Source: Candidatus Micrarchaeota archaeon
GTDB taxonomy: Archaea; Micrarchaeota; Micrarchaeia; Anstonellales; Bilamarchaeaceae
Direction: 5' to 3'
Assembly (NCBI GenBank): GCA_038046805.1
Contig: JBBSVO010000003.1
Span: 158,542 to 222,541, forward strand
DNA length: 64,000 nucleotides
Position 1 is the first letter of the stretch. The number at the start of each line of letters is the position of its first letter. A model generated the notes under the pieces. That model was given only the letters and a program-made list of their open reading frames with translations, was not told the origin of the DNA and searched no databases. Both the position numbers and the translations under genes were made by a program. This document shows positions 28,806-38,368 of this stretch, piece by piece.

Positions 28806-28922
28806 ATGCCGTTTTGCAAAAACTGTGGAAAAAGGTTTATGGCATGCTGTGGAGACGAAGATGAGCACTGCAACGAGTGCATGAAATCTTCGGACACGGG
28901 GAAAAAAGAGGGCAATAATTGA
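28806..28922 (+). CDS. 38-aa Cys-rich peptide (not in ORF track)
   Basis: GGTGA RBS; MPFCKNCGKRFMACCGDEDEHCNECMKSSDTGKKEGNN; paralog of 30683-30805. Confidence 0.75.
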   Translation: MPFCKNCGKRFMACCGDEDEHCNECMKSSDTGKKEGNN

Positions 28923-28951
28923 AATTGAATGAAATATTTGGGGTGGAAAAT

Positions 28952-29188
28952 ATGGCAGTTGACAAGATGATGTTGCTGACAATAATCGTCGGCGTATTGG
29001 TCGTAGTGGCATTGTTCCAGGCACTTCAGCTTGGGAAGACATCTGGAGAACTATCTGCAAAGAAGCTTGCAGTCGGTTCGGCCAGCAGCTCGGGTGGGGC
29101 ATCAGCAGCACCTTCTTCAGGTTCCGGGGCAGGCAGTGCTTCAGGCGCAGGAGTTGCAAGTCTTCCAAGCATGGTTGGAGGATGCTAA
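28952..29188 (+). CDS. Small membrane-anchored protein with Gly/Ser/Ala linker ending in SLPSMVGGC
   Basis: GGGGTGG RBS; one TM helix; same C-terminus as 27957-28760. Confidence 0.8.
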   Translation: MAVDKMMLLTIIVGVLVVVALFQALQLGKTSGELSAKKLAVGSASSSGGASAAPSSGSGAGSASGAGVASLPSMVGGC

Positions 29189-29260
29189 ATTTCTTCTTTT
29201 TTTTATTTTTTATTTAATTTATCCGTACAAAGCAACAACAAGTAAGTGTATGGTGAATAT

Positions 29261-29890
29261 ATGGCAAACAATCTGACTGGGATATTCTTCATTTTCGTTC
29301 TTTCATCGCTCATTTTCGCGCACTCTATGGAGGACTGGAAGATCATAATATACAAAAGCGCGGGGTGCGGGCATTGTGTTCCGTATCTTGAGGGCTTAAT
29401 GGACGAATTGACAAAAGCCGGCGTAAAGGACATACAAAACAAGGAATTTCTGGGAAATGAACAGGTACGGGTGGAACTTGCGAACCTTCAAGATAAGGTC
29501 GGAGTGCCGCTAAATTTGCAGGGGCACTTAGTAGTATCAATAGATGATGGTTCTGGATCCGGATACGCATTGTTTGAAGGCCATGTCCCACCAAAACTTA
29601 TTGTGGATTTTCTGGCAAATGACCATGAACGCCAGCATAAAGGAACAGTAGTCACGCAGGATGCGATGGATCTTTCCACGGTAAAGGAGTATTTCCATTT
29701 CAAGGACGGAATAACCAAAACGTGCGGAATAAATGAAAAAATAATTGATTGCGAGAAACAAGAGTCTCCAGCTTCCGGTGGTTCGACAGCCTCGTTTGAA
29801 TGGACTTCCATTTTGATACCAGTGCTTATCGTCATAGTTCCAATGGCGCTTATCTGGAAACTCTGGAAAGAAGAGAAAAAAAGCAGTTAG
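29261..29890 (+). CDS. DUF411/CopG-like thioredoxin-fold protein with signal peptide and C-terminal TM anchor
   Basis: IYKSAGCGHC and GYALFEGHVP match the DUF411 pattern YKSxxCGCC...GYxxEGHVP. Confidence 0.7.
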   Translation: MANNLTGIFFIFVLSSLIFAHSMEDWKIIIYKSAGCGHCVPYLEGLMDELTKAGVKDIQNKEFLGNEQVRVELANLQDKVGVPLNLQGHLVVSIDDGSGSGYALFEGHVPPKLIVDFLANDHERQHKGTVVTQDAMDLSTVKEYFHFKDGITKTCGINEKIIDCEKQESPASGGSTASFEWTSILIPVLIVIVPMALIWKLWKEEKKSS

Positions 29891-29902
29891 ATTGGTGTTT
29901 TG

Positions 29903-30658
29903 ATGGAACCATCCGAATCCCTTAAAATCAAGATAGGCCTGGTTGGGCTGTTTCTAGTGCTTGTAATCGTAGCGCTAACATCCAGCAACGCAAATATTCT
30001 TCCGCTCGTGATATCAACCGGTTTCCTTGATGGAATCCACCCGTGCGGATTCGCAGTATTGTTGTTTTTCATAGCATTTCTTCTTTCAATCAAAAGAAGC
30101 CGCGGAGAAATAATGCTGATGGGCGGGCTATATATATTCGGAGTGTTTGCCGCATATCTGCTCATAGGATTGGGAATAATACAGGCGATAACTGTGTTCC
30201 CGCCGCATTTCATGGCAAAGGCAGGTTCTGTTCTTCTGATATTCATAGGCATAGTGAACATATTTGACGCATTCACCGGAAAACAGACCTTGAAAATCCC
30301 GAAATTCTCCAAACCATTCATACAGAAGACAATTGAGAATGCAACCATGCCATCAGCGCTTATTGCCGGATTTATAGTCGGCTTGTGCGCGTTTCCGTGC
30401 GCAGGAGGAATTTATGTTGCGATTCTTGGGCTTATCGCAACGAAAATGGCAACGCTCGAAGGTTTCGCATACTTGATTATCTATAATGTGATGTTTGTAA
30501 TGCCACTCATAATCATGCTGGCACTGTCGTCAAACGAGAACGTTGTGGAGAAATTAGAAGAGGCAGAACGTACGAACAGGAAATTCTTCAAGATTGTTTT
30601 GGGGATATTGATGATAGCACTTGCCATATTCCTTTTGTTTGGAAATCTTCTGGTATAG
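29903..30658 (+). CDS. CcdA/DsbD-beta family transmembrane thiol-redox protein
   Basis: GFLDGIHPCGFAVL and CAFPCAGGIY; ~7 TM helices. Confidence 0.82.
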   Translation: MEPSESLKIKIGLVGLFLVLVIVALTSSNANILPLVISTGFLDGIHPCGFAVLLFFIAFLLSIKRSRGEIMLMGGLYIFGVFAAYLLIGLGIIQAITVFPPHFMAKAGSVLLIFIGIVNIFDAFTGKQTLKIPKFSKPFIQKTIENATMPSALIAGFIVGLCAFPCAGGIYVAILGLIATKMATLEGFAYLIIYNVMFVMPLIIMLALSSNENVVEKLEEAERTNRKFFKIVLGILMIALAIFLLFGNLLV

Positions 30659-30682
30659 GACTGAGTCAAATAAAGTGAGATT

Positions 30683-30805
30683 ATGAAATGCAAGAAATGC
30701 CAAAAATTGTTCCTGCGATGTTGTGAAGGGGATGAACATTGCCTGGATTGCACACGGGAAATAGTAAAGGAGAAAATGAAGATGGCCGGAGAAAAGGGCA
30801 ATTAG
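30683..30805 (+). CDS. 40-aa Cys-rich peptide (not in ORF track)
   Basis: MKCKKCQKLFLRCCEGDEHCLDCTREIVKEKMKMAGEKGN; paralog of 28806-28922; fills the intergenic gap. Confidence 0.75.
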   Translation: MKCKKCQKLFLRCCEGDEHCLDCTREIVKEKMKMAGEKGN

Positions 30806-30818
30806 GGGTGATAAACAA

Positions 30819-31280
30819 ATGGTTCAAAACGAAAAAATACTTGGCAGCGCAAACGCGATAAGTGGCGGACTTGGGATTATAAGCGCGCACAATCTGTGCC
30901 ATAATGTATGCCTTGGCGCGATCGCATTTATAGGGGCATTCGGACTGACTGTTGATGGAATGCCGCTGGCGTTTCTTGCAGAGTACAACACACTATTTTG
31001 GGGAATGGCAGCATTCTTTCTTGTAATAAGCCTTGCACTCCATGCGACGAAAAAGGCGTGCTTTTCACAGAAGACTGTTTTGTTCAATGCTGGAATCGTG
31101 GTCGCAGGAGTTCCGTTCGGAGAGGTGGCACCAATTCACCCGCTTCTCTGGTTTGCTGGCGGGGCGATGGTAGTTGTGGCAATCGCCATGTTTGTTAAGG
31201 AAAAACTGGACGAACGGGCGGGCAAAAACGAAAAAACCGGGAAAACAAATCAAACGAAAAAATGCGAACAATGCGCATAA
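30819..31280 (+). CDS. Membrane protein with HNLCHNVC motif and C-terminal CEQC
   Basis: GGGGTGA RBS; ~4 hydrophobic segments; putative metal ligands. Confidence 0.75.
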   Translation: MVQNEKILGSANAISGGLGIISAHNLCHNVCLGAIAFIGAFGLTVDGMPLAFLAEYNTLFWGMAAFFLVISLALHATKKACFSQKTVLFNAGIVVAGVPFGEVAPIHPLLWFAGGAMVVVAIAMFVKEKLDERAGKNEKTGKTNQTKKCEQCA

Positions 31281-31296
31281 AGTTACGGGTGTTGAA

Positions 31297-31641
31297 ATGA
31301 CTGAAACGAAAAACGAGAGGTATATTTTATACGGAATCGGAATTATCGCTGTTTTGATGCTCGGATGGGTTTTTTATGGATTCGTCTCCCCTCCGCAGCC
31401 TGCGCAATATCAGGCAAATGGTGCGGGTGCGACACATGCAACCTTTTCCCAATCCGGCAGTGGGGTTGATGACGAATGCGGAGATATTACCGATGCAAGC
31501 AATGTTCAGCATTTGGGGCATCATCCGGACCAGTTTGCGAACTGCCTGAAAAAAGTAAATCCGCAATTACTCAAACAGGCAACCGGAAAAACGCTGGATG
31601 AGCTTCTTGGCGGATCAACAGATATGTCTAGTATGCATTGA
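31297..31641 (+). CDS. Single-TM protein with C...QHLGHHP...C motif and MSSMH tail
   Basis: GGGTG RBS before ATG 31297; one TM helix; His/Cys/Met-rich soluble part. Confidence 0.7.
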   Translation: MTETKNERYILYGIGIIAVLMLGWVFYGFVSPPQPAQYQANGAGATHATFSQSGSGVDDECGDITDASNVQHLGHHPDQFANCLKKVNPQLLKQATGKTLDELLGGSTDMSSMH

Positions 31642-31678
31642 TTGATCAATTCATGGACTAAACAATCGCAGTGAGTAG

Positions 31679-32320
31679 ATGACACTTATATATAAGGTGT
31701 ATATGGCCATTACGGCATTAGTTGCATTGTGGATTATTGCGACTCCGGTTCTTGCACATGCCAATAGCGAATTTTATCCGCAGTTATACAAGCTTGGGGA
31801 ACCAATCTGCCATCAGAAGATATCACGATCTTTTTGCCTGTTCAAGGATACGAACGCAGGCGGAATTGCATGGAGTGTTGGGGATTGTACACCACAAAAT
31901 GGAATCATGCGTGAGGACCTAAGAAGCGAGGTATGCGCTGATGGAAACGGAAAAATCGGGAAGGTTGGAAATTGTTCCGCACTCGGTGCAGATGGTGCAA
32001 AGATTGGATATAAATTTCCGGTAAGCGCACGGGATATTACGATTTATCTGGGCGCGTTTGTTGGGGGAATTGCGATGTTTGCCCTGAAGCGGCACGATAA
32101 AAAGGAGATTCTTCCTGCAATTTGGCTTATTCTTGCAATTGTTCCGATTGGAATTGACGGCACCGGGCAGCTTCTTGGATTCTGGGAAAGCACAAACTTA
32201 ATAAGGGCGATTACAGGAGGAATTGTTGGAATCGCAATAGCGGTTTATATGATCCCGATTCTTAACAAAATATTCGGCGGCAACAGAATGCCAGAAGGTC
32301 AATCACATGAAAAAACTTGA
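31679..32320 (+). CDS. DUF2085-like membrane protein
   Basis: ICHQKISRSF, FPVSARD, IDGTGQLLGFWESTNLIRAITG. Confidence 0.8.
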   Translation: MTLIYKVYMAITALVALWIIATPVLAHANSEFYPQLYKLGEPICHQKISRSFCLFKDTNAGGIAWSVGDCTPQNGIMREDLRSEVCADGNGKIGKVGNCSALGADGAKIGYKFPVSARDITIYLGAFVGGIAMFALKRHDKKEILPAIWLILAIVPIGIDGTGQLLGFWESTNLIRAITGGIVGIAIAVYMIPILNKIFGGNRMPEGQSHEKT

Positions 32321-34823
32321 ATTTCGCATAAAGGGAATGCATTGCGCTTCTTGCGCCGTGAACCTGGAGCGGGCGCTAGGCAAAAAAAGCGGAATAAAAA
32401 ATGCAAACGTGAGTTATGCGCTGGAAAAGGCAGTGGTTGAATTTGACGAGTTAAAGATAAATGCGGAAGATATAGCAGATATTGTTGAAAAACAGGGATA
32501 CCGCGCGGAAATGAAAAAAGAGAACGTGGAATCACAGGAAGAAACTAAAAAATCCGAAACTGAAACGTTCCGCGTGGAAGGAATGGGCTCTCCCCATTGC
32601 GTGAACATTGTAACAAATGCACTGAAGCGTGTGAATGGCGTCTCGAATATAAAGGCCGATTTTTCAACCGAACGCGTAACAGTAACGTTTGAGCCTCCCG
32701 CAGATTTCCTGAAAATGAAAAAAGCTGTTGAAGATGCAGGATATGGATTTTCCGAGATGGCCGCGAAAGCAAAGGCCCAAACCAAAAATCCAACAGAAAG
32801 TCCAGAAGATACTGAACGAAGGGAACGCGATGCGGAGATTATAGGATACCGCAATAAGTTCGCAATCTCGATGCTGTTTAGTCTTCCATTATTATTTATG
32901 TTTTTCAGGCACAGTGGAATACTTTCGTTTGCTCTTCCTGAATTTCTTGAAACAAACAACATGCTTGCACAGTTCATACTCGCAAGCACAGTTGTGATTG
33001 TGAATGGAGACACGTTCATACGGGGTTTTCGCGCGCTTTTAATAAACAGAATGCCGACCATGGATTCCCTTGTGGCAATAGGGGTTGGTGTGGCATACCT
33101 GTTCAGCGTGGCCGTATCTTTTGGTGCAATAGAAAGCACGGACCTTTATTATGAAGTTGGCGCACTTGTCATCACGTTTATAGTTCTTGGAAGATGGCTT
33201 GAGGCAAAGGCAAAGGGAAGAACTTCCGAAGCAATAAAAAAACTAATGGGTCTTCAGCCAAAAACCGCGAGGATAATACGCAACGGCAACGAAATGGAAA
33301 TACGAATTGCAAATGTGGCGGTCGGAGATATTGTTGTAATCCGCCCTGGCGAAAAAATACCGGTCGATGGCGAAGTGACAGAAGGAGAATCCGCGGTTGA
33401 CGAAAAAATGATAACTGGCGAACCAATCCCTGTAATGAAAAGAAAGAGCAGTATTGTTATTGGTGGAACAATAAACAAACACGGGACATTCATGTTCAAG
33501 GCAACTAAGGTCGGAAAGGACACGATGCTATCACAGATAATAAAGCTGGTGGAAGACGCGCAGATGAGCAAGGCACCGATTCAGGAACTTGTGGATAAGG
33601 TTTCGGCTTATTTTGTTCCGGTGATAATGCTTGTAGCAATTATTGCGTTCGGATATTGGTATTTTGTTGCCGCGCAAACGTTTGAATTCTCCCTTATTAT
33701 GGCCGTAACAGTTCTTGTGATTGCATGCCCATGTGCACTAGGACTCGCGACGCCAACAGCAGTAATGGTCGGAACAGGCTTGGGGGCAGAACATGGAGTT
33801 CTTTTCAAGACTGCAAAGGCATTGCAGGGAACCGGAAAGATAAACATGATTGTGCTGGATAAAACCGGGACTATAACCAAAGGGGAACCTGAGGTAACCG
33901 ACATAATTACGCTTGCAGAGATGAAACAGATTGACATACTAAAAACTGCAGCATCTGTGGAAAAAGGAAGCGAGCATCCGCTTGCAGAGGCAATCATACG
34001 AGCGGCAAAACAGGAGAAGATAAAACCAGAATCCCTTGAAAAGGCAACAGGATTCACCGCGATTCCAGGATATGGCGTAAGGGCAAAACTCGGGCGGGAC
34101 ACAATTTACATAGGAAACAGAAAACTCATGGAAAAACAGAAAATAGCAATTGACCAGCAAACTGAGGATGAGCTTCAGCGGCTTGAAAACGAAGGAAAAA
34201 CCGCAGTGATTGTTGCAGTAGGAAAATACGCTGTCGGAATAGTCGCAATTGCAGATACGCTAATGGAACATTCAAAGGAAGCAATCGCAGAATTCAAAAA
34301 AATGGGACTTGGAGTTGCAATGATAACCGGGGATAATAGAAGAACCGCAAACGCAATTGCTCGCGATGTTGGAATAGAACCGCAAAACGTTCTCGCCGAG
34401 GTTCTCCCCCAGGACAAAGAAATCAAAGTTTCAGAGCTTCAGAAAAGTGGGAAAAAAGTCGCAATGATCGGTGATGGAATAAACGATGCACCTGCACTGG
34501 CAAAGGCGGATATTGGAATAGCTGTTGGCTCTGGAACAGACATTGCAATGGAAAGCGGGGATGTTGTTCTTGTCAAAAGCGATTTAAGAGACGTGGCAAC
34601 GGCAATTCGCCTTAGCAGGTTTGTAATGGGAAAGATAAAGGAAAATCTGTTTTGGGCATTTGTTTACAACGTAGTTGGAGTTCCAATAGCTGCGGGAATT
34701 CTTTACGGAGCATATGGAATTCTTATAAATCCAGCTCTGGCAGGGCTTGCGATGGCATTTAGTTCAGTTTCTGTCGTAACTAATGCAGGTCTCATGCGGT
34801 TTTTTAAAGATAAACGAGAGTAA
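32307..34823 (+). CDS. copA: Copper-translocating P1B-type ATPase
   Basis: GMHCASC HMA domain, TGE, CPCALGLATP, DKTGT, SEHPL, GDGINDAP, YN...P, MAFSS. Confidence 0.95.
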   Translation: MKKLEFRIKGMHCASCAVNLERALGKKSGIKNANVSYALEKAVVEFDELKINAEDIADIVEKQGYRAEMKKENVESQEETKKSETETFRVEGMGSPHCVNIVTNALKRVNGVSNIKADFSTERVTVTFEPPADFLKMKKAVEDAGYGFSEMAAKAKAQTKNPTESPEDTERRERDAEIIGYRNKFAISMLFSLPLLFMFFRHSGILSFALPEFLETNNMLAQFILASTVVIVNGDTFIRGFRALLINRMPTMDSLVAIGVGVAYLFSVAVSFGAIESTDLYYEVGALVITFIVLGRWLEAKAKGRTSEAIKKLMGLQPKTARIIRNGNEMEIRIANVAVGDIVVIRPGEKIPVDGEVTEGESAVDEKMITGEPIPVMKRKSSIVIGGTINKHGTFMFKATKVGKDTMLSQIIKLVEDAQMSKAPIQELVDKVSAYFVPVIMLVAIIAFGYWYFVAAQTFEFSLIMAVTVLVIACPCALGLATPTAVMVGTGLGAEHGVLFKTAKALQGTGKINMIVLDKTGTITKGEPEVTDIITLAEMKQIDILKTAASVEKGSEHPLAEAIIRAAKQEKIKPESLEKATGFTAIPGYGVRAKLGRDTIYIGNRKLMEKQKIAIDQQTEDELQRLENEGKTAVIVAVGKYAVGIVAIADTLMEHSKEAIAEFKKMGLGVAMITGDNRRTANAIARDVGIEPQNVLAEVLPQDKEIKVSELQKSGKKVAMIGDGINDAPALAKADIGIAVGSGTDIAMESGDVVLVKSDLRDVATAIRLSRFVMGKIKENLFWAFVYNVVGVPIAAGILYGAYGILINPALAGLAMAFSSVSVVTNAGLMRFFKDKRE

Positions 34824-34829
34824 CAAATT

Positions 34830-37451
34830 ATGCCAGAAGGAATTGCGACAAGCGCGGAGGGAGTCCATTCGAAAACCTCCAAAGATGTAATTTCCAAACT
34901 TGCCACAAACGAGGATACTGGGATAACCACAGACGAGGCTGCCGCAAGGCTGTCAAAATACGGGCTTAACCTAATCTCTGGAAAGCACAAAAGAACTGCA
35001 TTGGATATAATTATAGAACAGCTCAAAAATATCGTATTGATTCTTCTTATAGCTGCATCAATTGTCTCATACTTTACAGGGCACGTGCTGGACGCAATCG
35101 CAATAGCTGCGGCTGTAATCATAAGCGTAATATTCGGCTTCATGTTAGAATATAAAGCAGACCAAAGCCTGCGTGCGCTTCAAGAGCTCGTTTCGCCAAA
35201 GGCACTCGTCACGCGCGGCGGAAAGCATATTACAATAGATGCGGCACATTTGGTTCCTGGAGATATTTTAACAATTGAAGAAGGGGCAAAGGTTCCTGCA
35301 GACTGTCGCATAATCGAAGAGTATGGGTTTGAAGTAAATGAAGCGCCACTTACTGGCGAATCGGTTTCTGTTGTAAAAACAATGAACACGTCTGACAAAA
35401 ACGCTCCTTTATCGGAAAGAACTTGTATGATTTATGCTGGAACCCTTGTAGTGAAAGGACACGCAAAATGCATCGTCGTTGCTACAGGAGACGAAACCGA
35501 AATCGGAAAAATTGCATCAACATTAAGCGGAATAGAAAGCGAAGAAACGCCACTCAAGAAATCGCTTGACGAGCTTGGGAAGCGCATAAGCCTGGCCGGA
35601 ATAGCAGTTATACTTCTTTTTTTCATTATCGGAACACTGAACGGCATGGATCCGTCATTCCTGTTCATATTGGGCATATCACTTGCAGTAGCCGTAGTGC
35701 CTGAAGGCCTGATCACCGTGCTCACGATTATCCTGGCAAATGGGGTTCGCACAATGGCAGAAAACAAGGCACTGGTACGAAGAATGAATGTAGTTGAAAC
35801 CATTGGAAATACTTCTGTCATTGTGGTTGATAAAACCGGAACTATTACTGAAGGAAAAATGTCACTTGTGGAAATTTTCTCTGATGGTGAAAATATAAGC
35901 ATATCAGAAGTGCCAGAAGATAACAAAACCCTGAAATATGCATCGATGTGCAACATGGCAAAAATCACTGAAAAAGGAATTGTTGGAGATGAAATGGACC
36001 GCGCAATACTTCATGCGGCACAGCTTCGTGGGTTTGACATACATGCGCTGAAAAGCACCAAGCCGGTCCTGATAAAGCCTCTTGATTCTGTGAAAAAGCA
36101 GATGTCATGCGCATACGAACAAAGCGGAACAGGAAAATTCATTTCCATAGTAAAAGGCGCTCCGGAGATAGTCTTGTCACAGTGCACGCATATAACGGAG
36201 AATGGAACTGAAAAACGGCTAAATAATGACCAGAAAAAAAATCTGGAAAAAGAACTTGCACGAATGACTGGAACCGGGAGACGCGTTCTTGCAGTTGCAT
36301 GTAAAGAATTAGATAACATAAAAGAAACGAGCGAAAAATCAGCTGAAAGCAATCTCACATTTATAGGTCTTCTTGGATTTAGCGACAGACTGAGAGAAGA
36401 AGTTGAGGGAACTCTCGCAACGTTCCGCAATGCGGGAATACGTGTGATGATGCTAACCGGAGATAACTTACGAACTGCGATTTCTATAGGAAAGGAATGC
36501 GGACTGATAGATAATGAAAAGGAAGCTGTGGAATGGAAAGAACTCGAGGGTAAAGGAGATAATGAACTAAAAGAACTCCTGCGCGGGTATAATATAATTG
36601 CACGCTCAACACCGATAAGCAAGCTAAGAATAGTTGAGGCGTTGATTAAGACTGGCGAAATAGTAACTGTAACCGGAGATGGAGTAAATGATGCGTTAGC
36701 GCTCAAAAAAGCGCACGTTGGCGTGGTAATGGGAAGCGGGACCGATGTAAGCAAGGAAGCTGGAAGCCTTATACTCATGGACGACAATATTTCCACGCTT
36801 GCATCTGCGATCAAATATGGAAGAGGCGTGTTTCACAACATAACTAACTTTGTAAGGTTCCAGTTCACAACCAATATCGCTACACTCGGGCTGTTTCTGG
36901 TTACATTCCTAAGCGGACTTCCAAGCCTGTTAACACCAATTCAGATTCTTTTCATAAACATAATCATGGATGGGCCACCTGCACTTGCATTGGGATTTGA
37001 GAAATCCGTGGATAGTGTCATGGACGAAAAACCAAGAAAAAATCATAGCGTGCTGACTCACAAGACACTGACGTCAATATCAATGACTGCAGTATTTATG
37101 ATAATAATAACTTTGCTCGCATATATGTATTTTGAACCGCATGGAAAAAGCACTGCATTAACTGCAACATTCTTCGTGTTTGTTTCAATGCAACTAGCTA
37201 ATTCCCTGAACTGCAGGTTTCACAAAGACCACTTCTTTTCAAAGCCATCTTCTAACCCATACCTGTTTGCCACCATAGTTGTAATGGGACTGGTATTATT
37301 GGTTATGGCATATGTTCCAGAACTGCATGAGATATTCTCGATAATAAACCCAGATAAAAATATTTTATTCGTTGCTGGAATTGCAGGGCTGGGGGTGTTG
37401 TTGTTTGAAGAAATGAAAAAGGCTACGATGACAAGATTGGTGGAGTATTAA
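34830..37451 (+). CDS. Cation-transporting P-type ATPase (P2A, Ca2+-type)
   Basis: TGES, VPEGL, DKTGT, KGAPE, GDGVND, QILFINIIMDGPPALALG. Confidence 0.93.
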   Translation: MPEGIATSAEGVHSKTSKDVISKLATNEDTGITTDEAAARLSKYGLNLISGKHKRTALDIIIEQLKNIVLILLIAASIVSYFTGHVLDAIAIAAAVIISVIFGFMLEYKADQSLRALQELVSPKALVTRGGKHITIDAAHLVPGDILTIEEGAKVPADCRIIEEYGFEVNEAPLTGESVSVVKTMNTSDKNAPLSERTCMIYAGTLVVKGHAKCIVVATGDETEIGKIASTLSGIESEETPLKKSLDELGKRISLAGIAVILLFFIIGTLNGMDPSFLFILGISLAVAVVPEGLITVLTIILANGVRTMAENKALVRRMNVVETIGNTSVIVVDKTGTITEGKMSLVEIFSDGENISISEVPEDNKTLKYASMCNMAKITEKGIVGDEMDRAILHAAQLRGFDIHALKSTKPVLIKPLDSVKKQMSCAYEQSGTGKFISIVKGAPEIVLSQCTHITENGTEKRLNNDQKKNLEKELARMTGTGRRVLAVACKELDNIKETSEKSAESNLTFIGLLGFSDRLREEVEGTLATFRNAGIRVMMLTGDNLRTAISIGKECGLIDNEKEAVEWKELEGKGDNELKELLRGYNIIARSTPISKLRIVEALIKTGEIVTVTGDGVNDALALKKAHVGVVMGSGTDVSKEAGSLILMDDNISTLASAIKYGRGVFHNITNFVRFQFTTNIATLGLFLVTFLSGLPSLLTPIQILFINIIMDGPPALALGFEKSVDSVMDEKPRKNHSVLTHKTLTSISMTAVFMIIITLLAYMYFEPHGKSTALTATFFVFVSMQLANSLNCRFHKDHFFSKPSSNPYLFATIVVMGLVLLVMAYVPELHEIFSIINPDKNILFVAGIAGLGVLLFEEMKKATMTRLVEY

Positions 37452-37515
37452 TACTGATTGCTGCTAGCTGCTGGGTACTAGCTACTACCTAGAAGCCAGA
37501 ACCCAGTACCAACAG

Positions 37516-38316
37516 TTACTTTATCCCCAACATCGTCACATTAAATATTAGCGTCTGACCCGCAAGCGGATGATTCTCATCCAGAATTACATTCGTCTCA
37601 TTTATGGAAATAACACGCACGAATTTCTGCATTCCGGCCTTGCTGTCAAACGTAACGTAATCCTTGCCCTCTTCCAAATCGTATTTTATTGTGAATGAAT
37701 TCACGGATTTGTTTGCAACAATCTGGGGGAGGCCATTGAATTTGAATTTTGAACCTACAGGTAGCAGATATTCCAAAGTCGCAGTTTCGTTTGTGAAATT
37801 ATAGATTGAGACTAGCCCGATGTTTGTCTGGAAAACAGAATCGTTCTTTATTTCAACATTTTGCGTCTTCAGCCAGGCCATAGGGACTTCTTCAAACCTC
37901 TCTTTTTCATAATAAAGCGGGATTGAAGTGAGCTTGTTTGGATCAAAAACCCCGTATCCCTTTTCCGGTGGAATTTCTATCTGCCGTTTTCCACCCTCCT
38001 TCATTCCTATTACACCTTCAACGAATCCATCTATTAAGCCTACACCTTTGGTAACCGTAAACTTGAGTGGGAAGTATTTTCTAAGAGGGTCGTATATGCC
38101 AGAGCCTTTGGCAACTGATTCCGAATTGGTGTCATAGACCGTGCCATTTTGGAGGATAAGGGCGTATTCCACTGCAACGGCATCCCCATATTGGACAACC
38201 TTTTCGAATGTAGTATTCTTACCAGGTTCTGGAGGTTTGATATCCGCAGGCTGCCCTATGCACCCGAACAACAGAAAGATTCCAAGGATTAGAATGACAA
38301 AAAGATTGGCTTTCAT
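37516..38316 (-). CDS. FKBP-type peptidyl-prolyl isomerase with lipoprotein-like signal and enlarged insert-in-flap
   Basis: LLFGC, VYDTN, GLIDGF...GMKEG, IPPEKGYG, DENHPLAGQTLIF. Confidence 0.88.
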   Translation of the reverse strand: MKANLFVILILGIFLLFGCIGQPADIKPPEPGKNTTFEKVVQYGDAVAVEYALILQNGTVYDTNSESVAKGSGIYDPLRKYFPLKFTVTKGVGLIDGFVEGVIGMKEGGKRQIEIPPEKGYGVFDPNKLTSIPLYYEKERFEEVPMAWLKTQNVEIKNDSVFQTNIGLVSIYNFTNETATLEYLLPVGSKFKFNGLPQIVANKSVNSFTIKYDLEEGKDYVTFDSKAGMQKFVRVISINETNVILDENHPLAGQTLIFNVTMLGIK

Positions 38317-38368
38317 AAAAAGACATCTCTGCCATTGTTTAAAATTATTTGCCCGCCCAGATAAACTC

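Noticed and set aside
32414..36814. Long antisense ORFs opposite the P-type ATPases (also 60650-61393 and 63296-63919)
   Set aside because: Shadow frames of well-supported genes, with no motifs or expression signals
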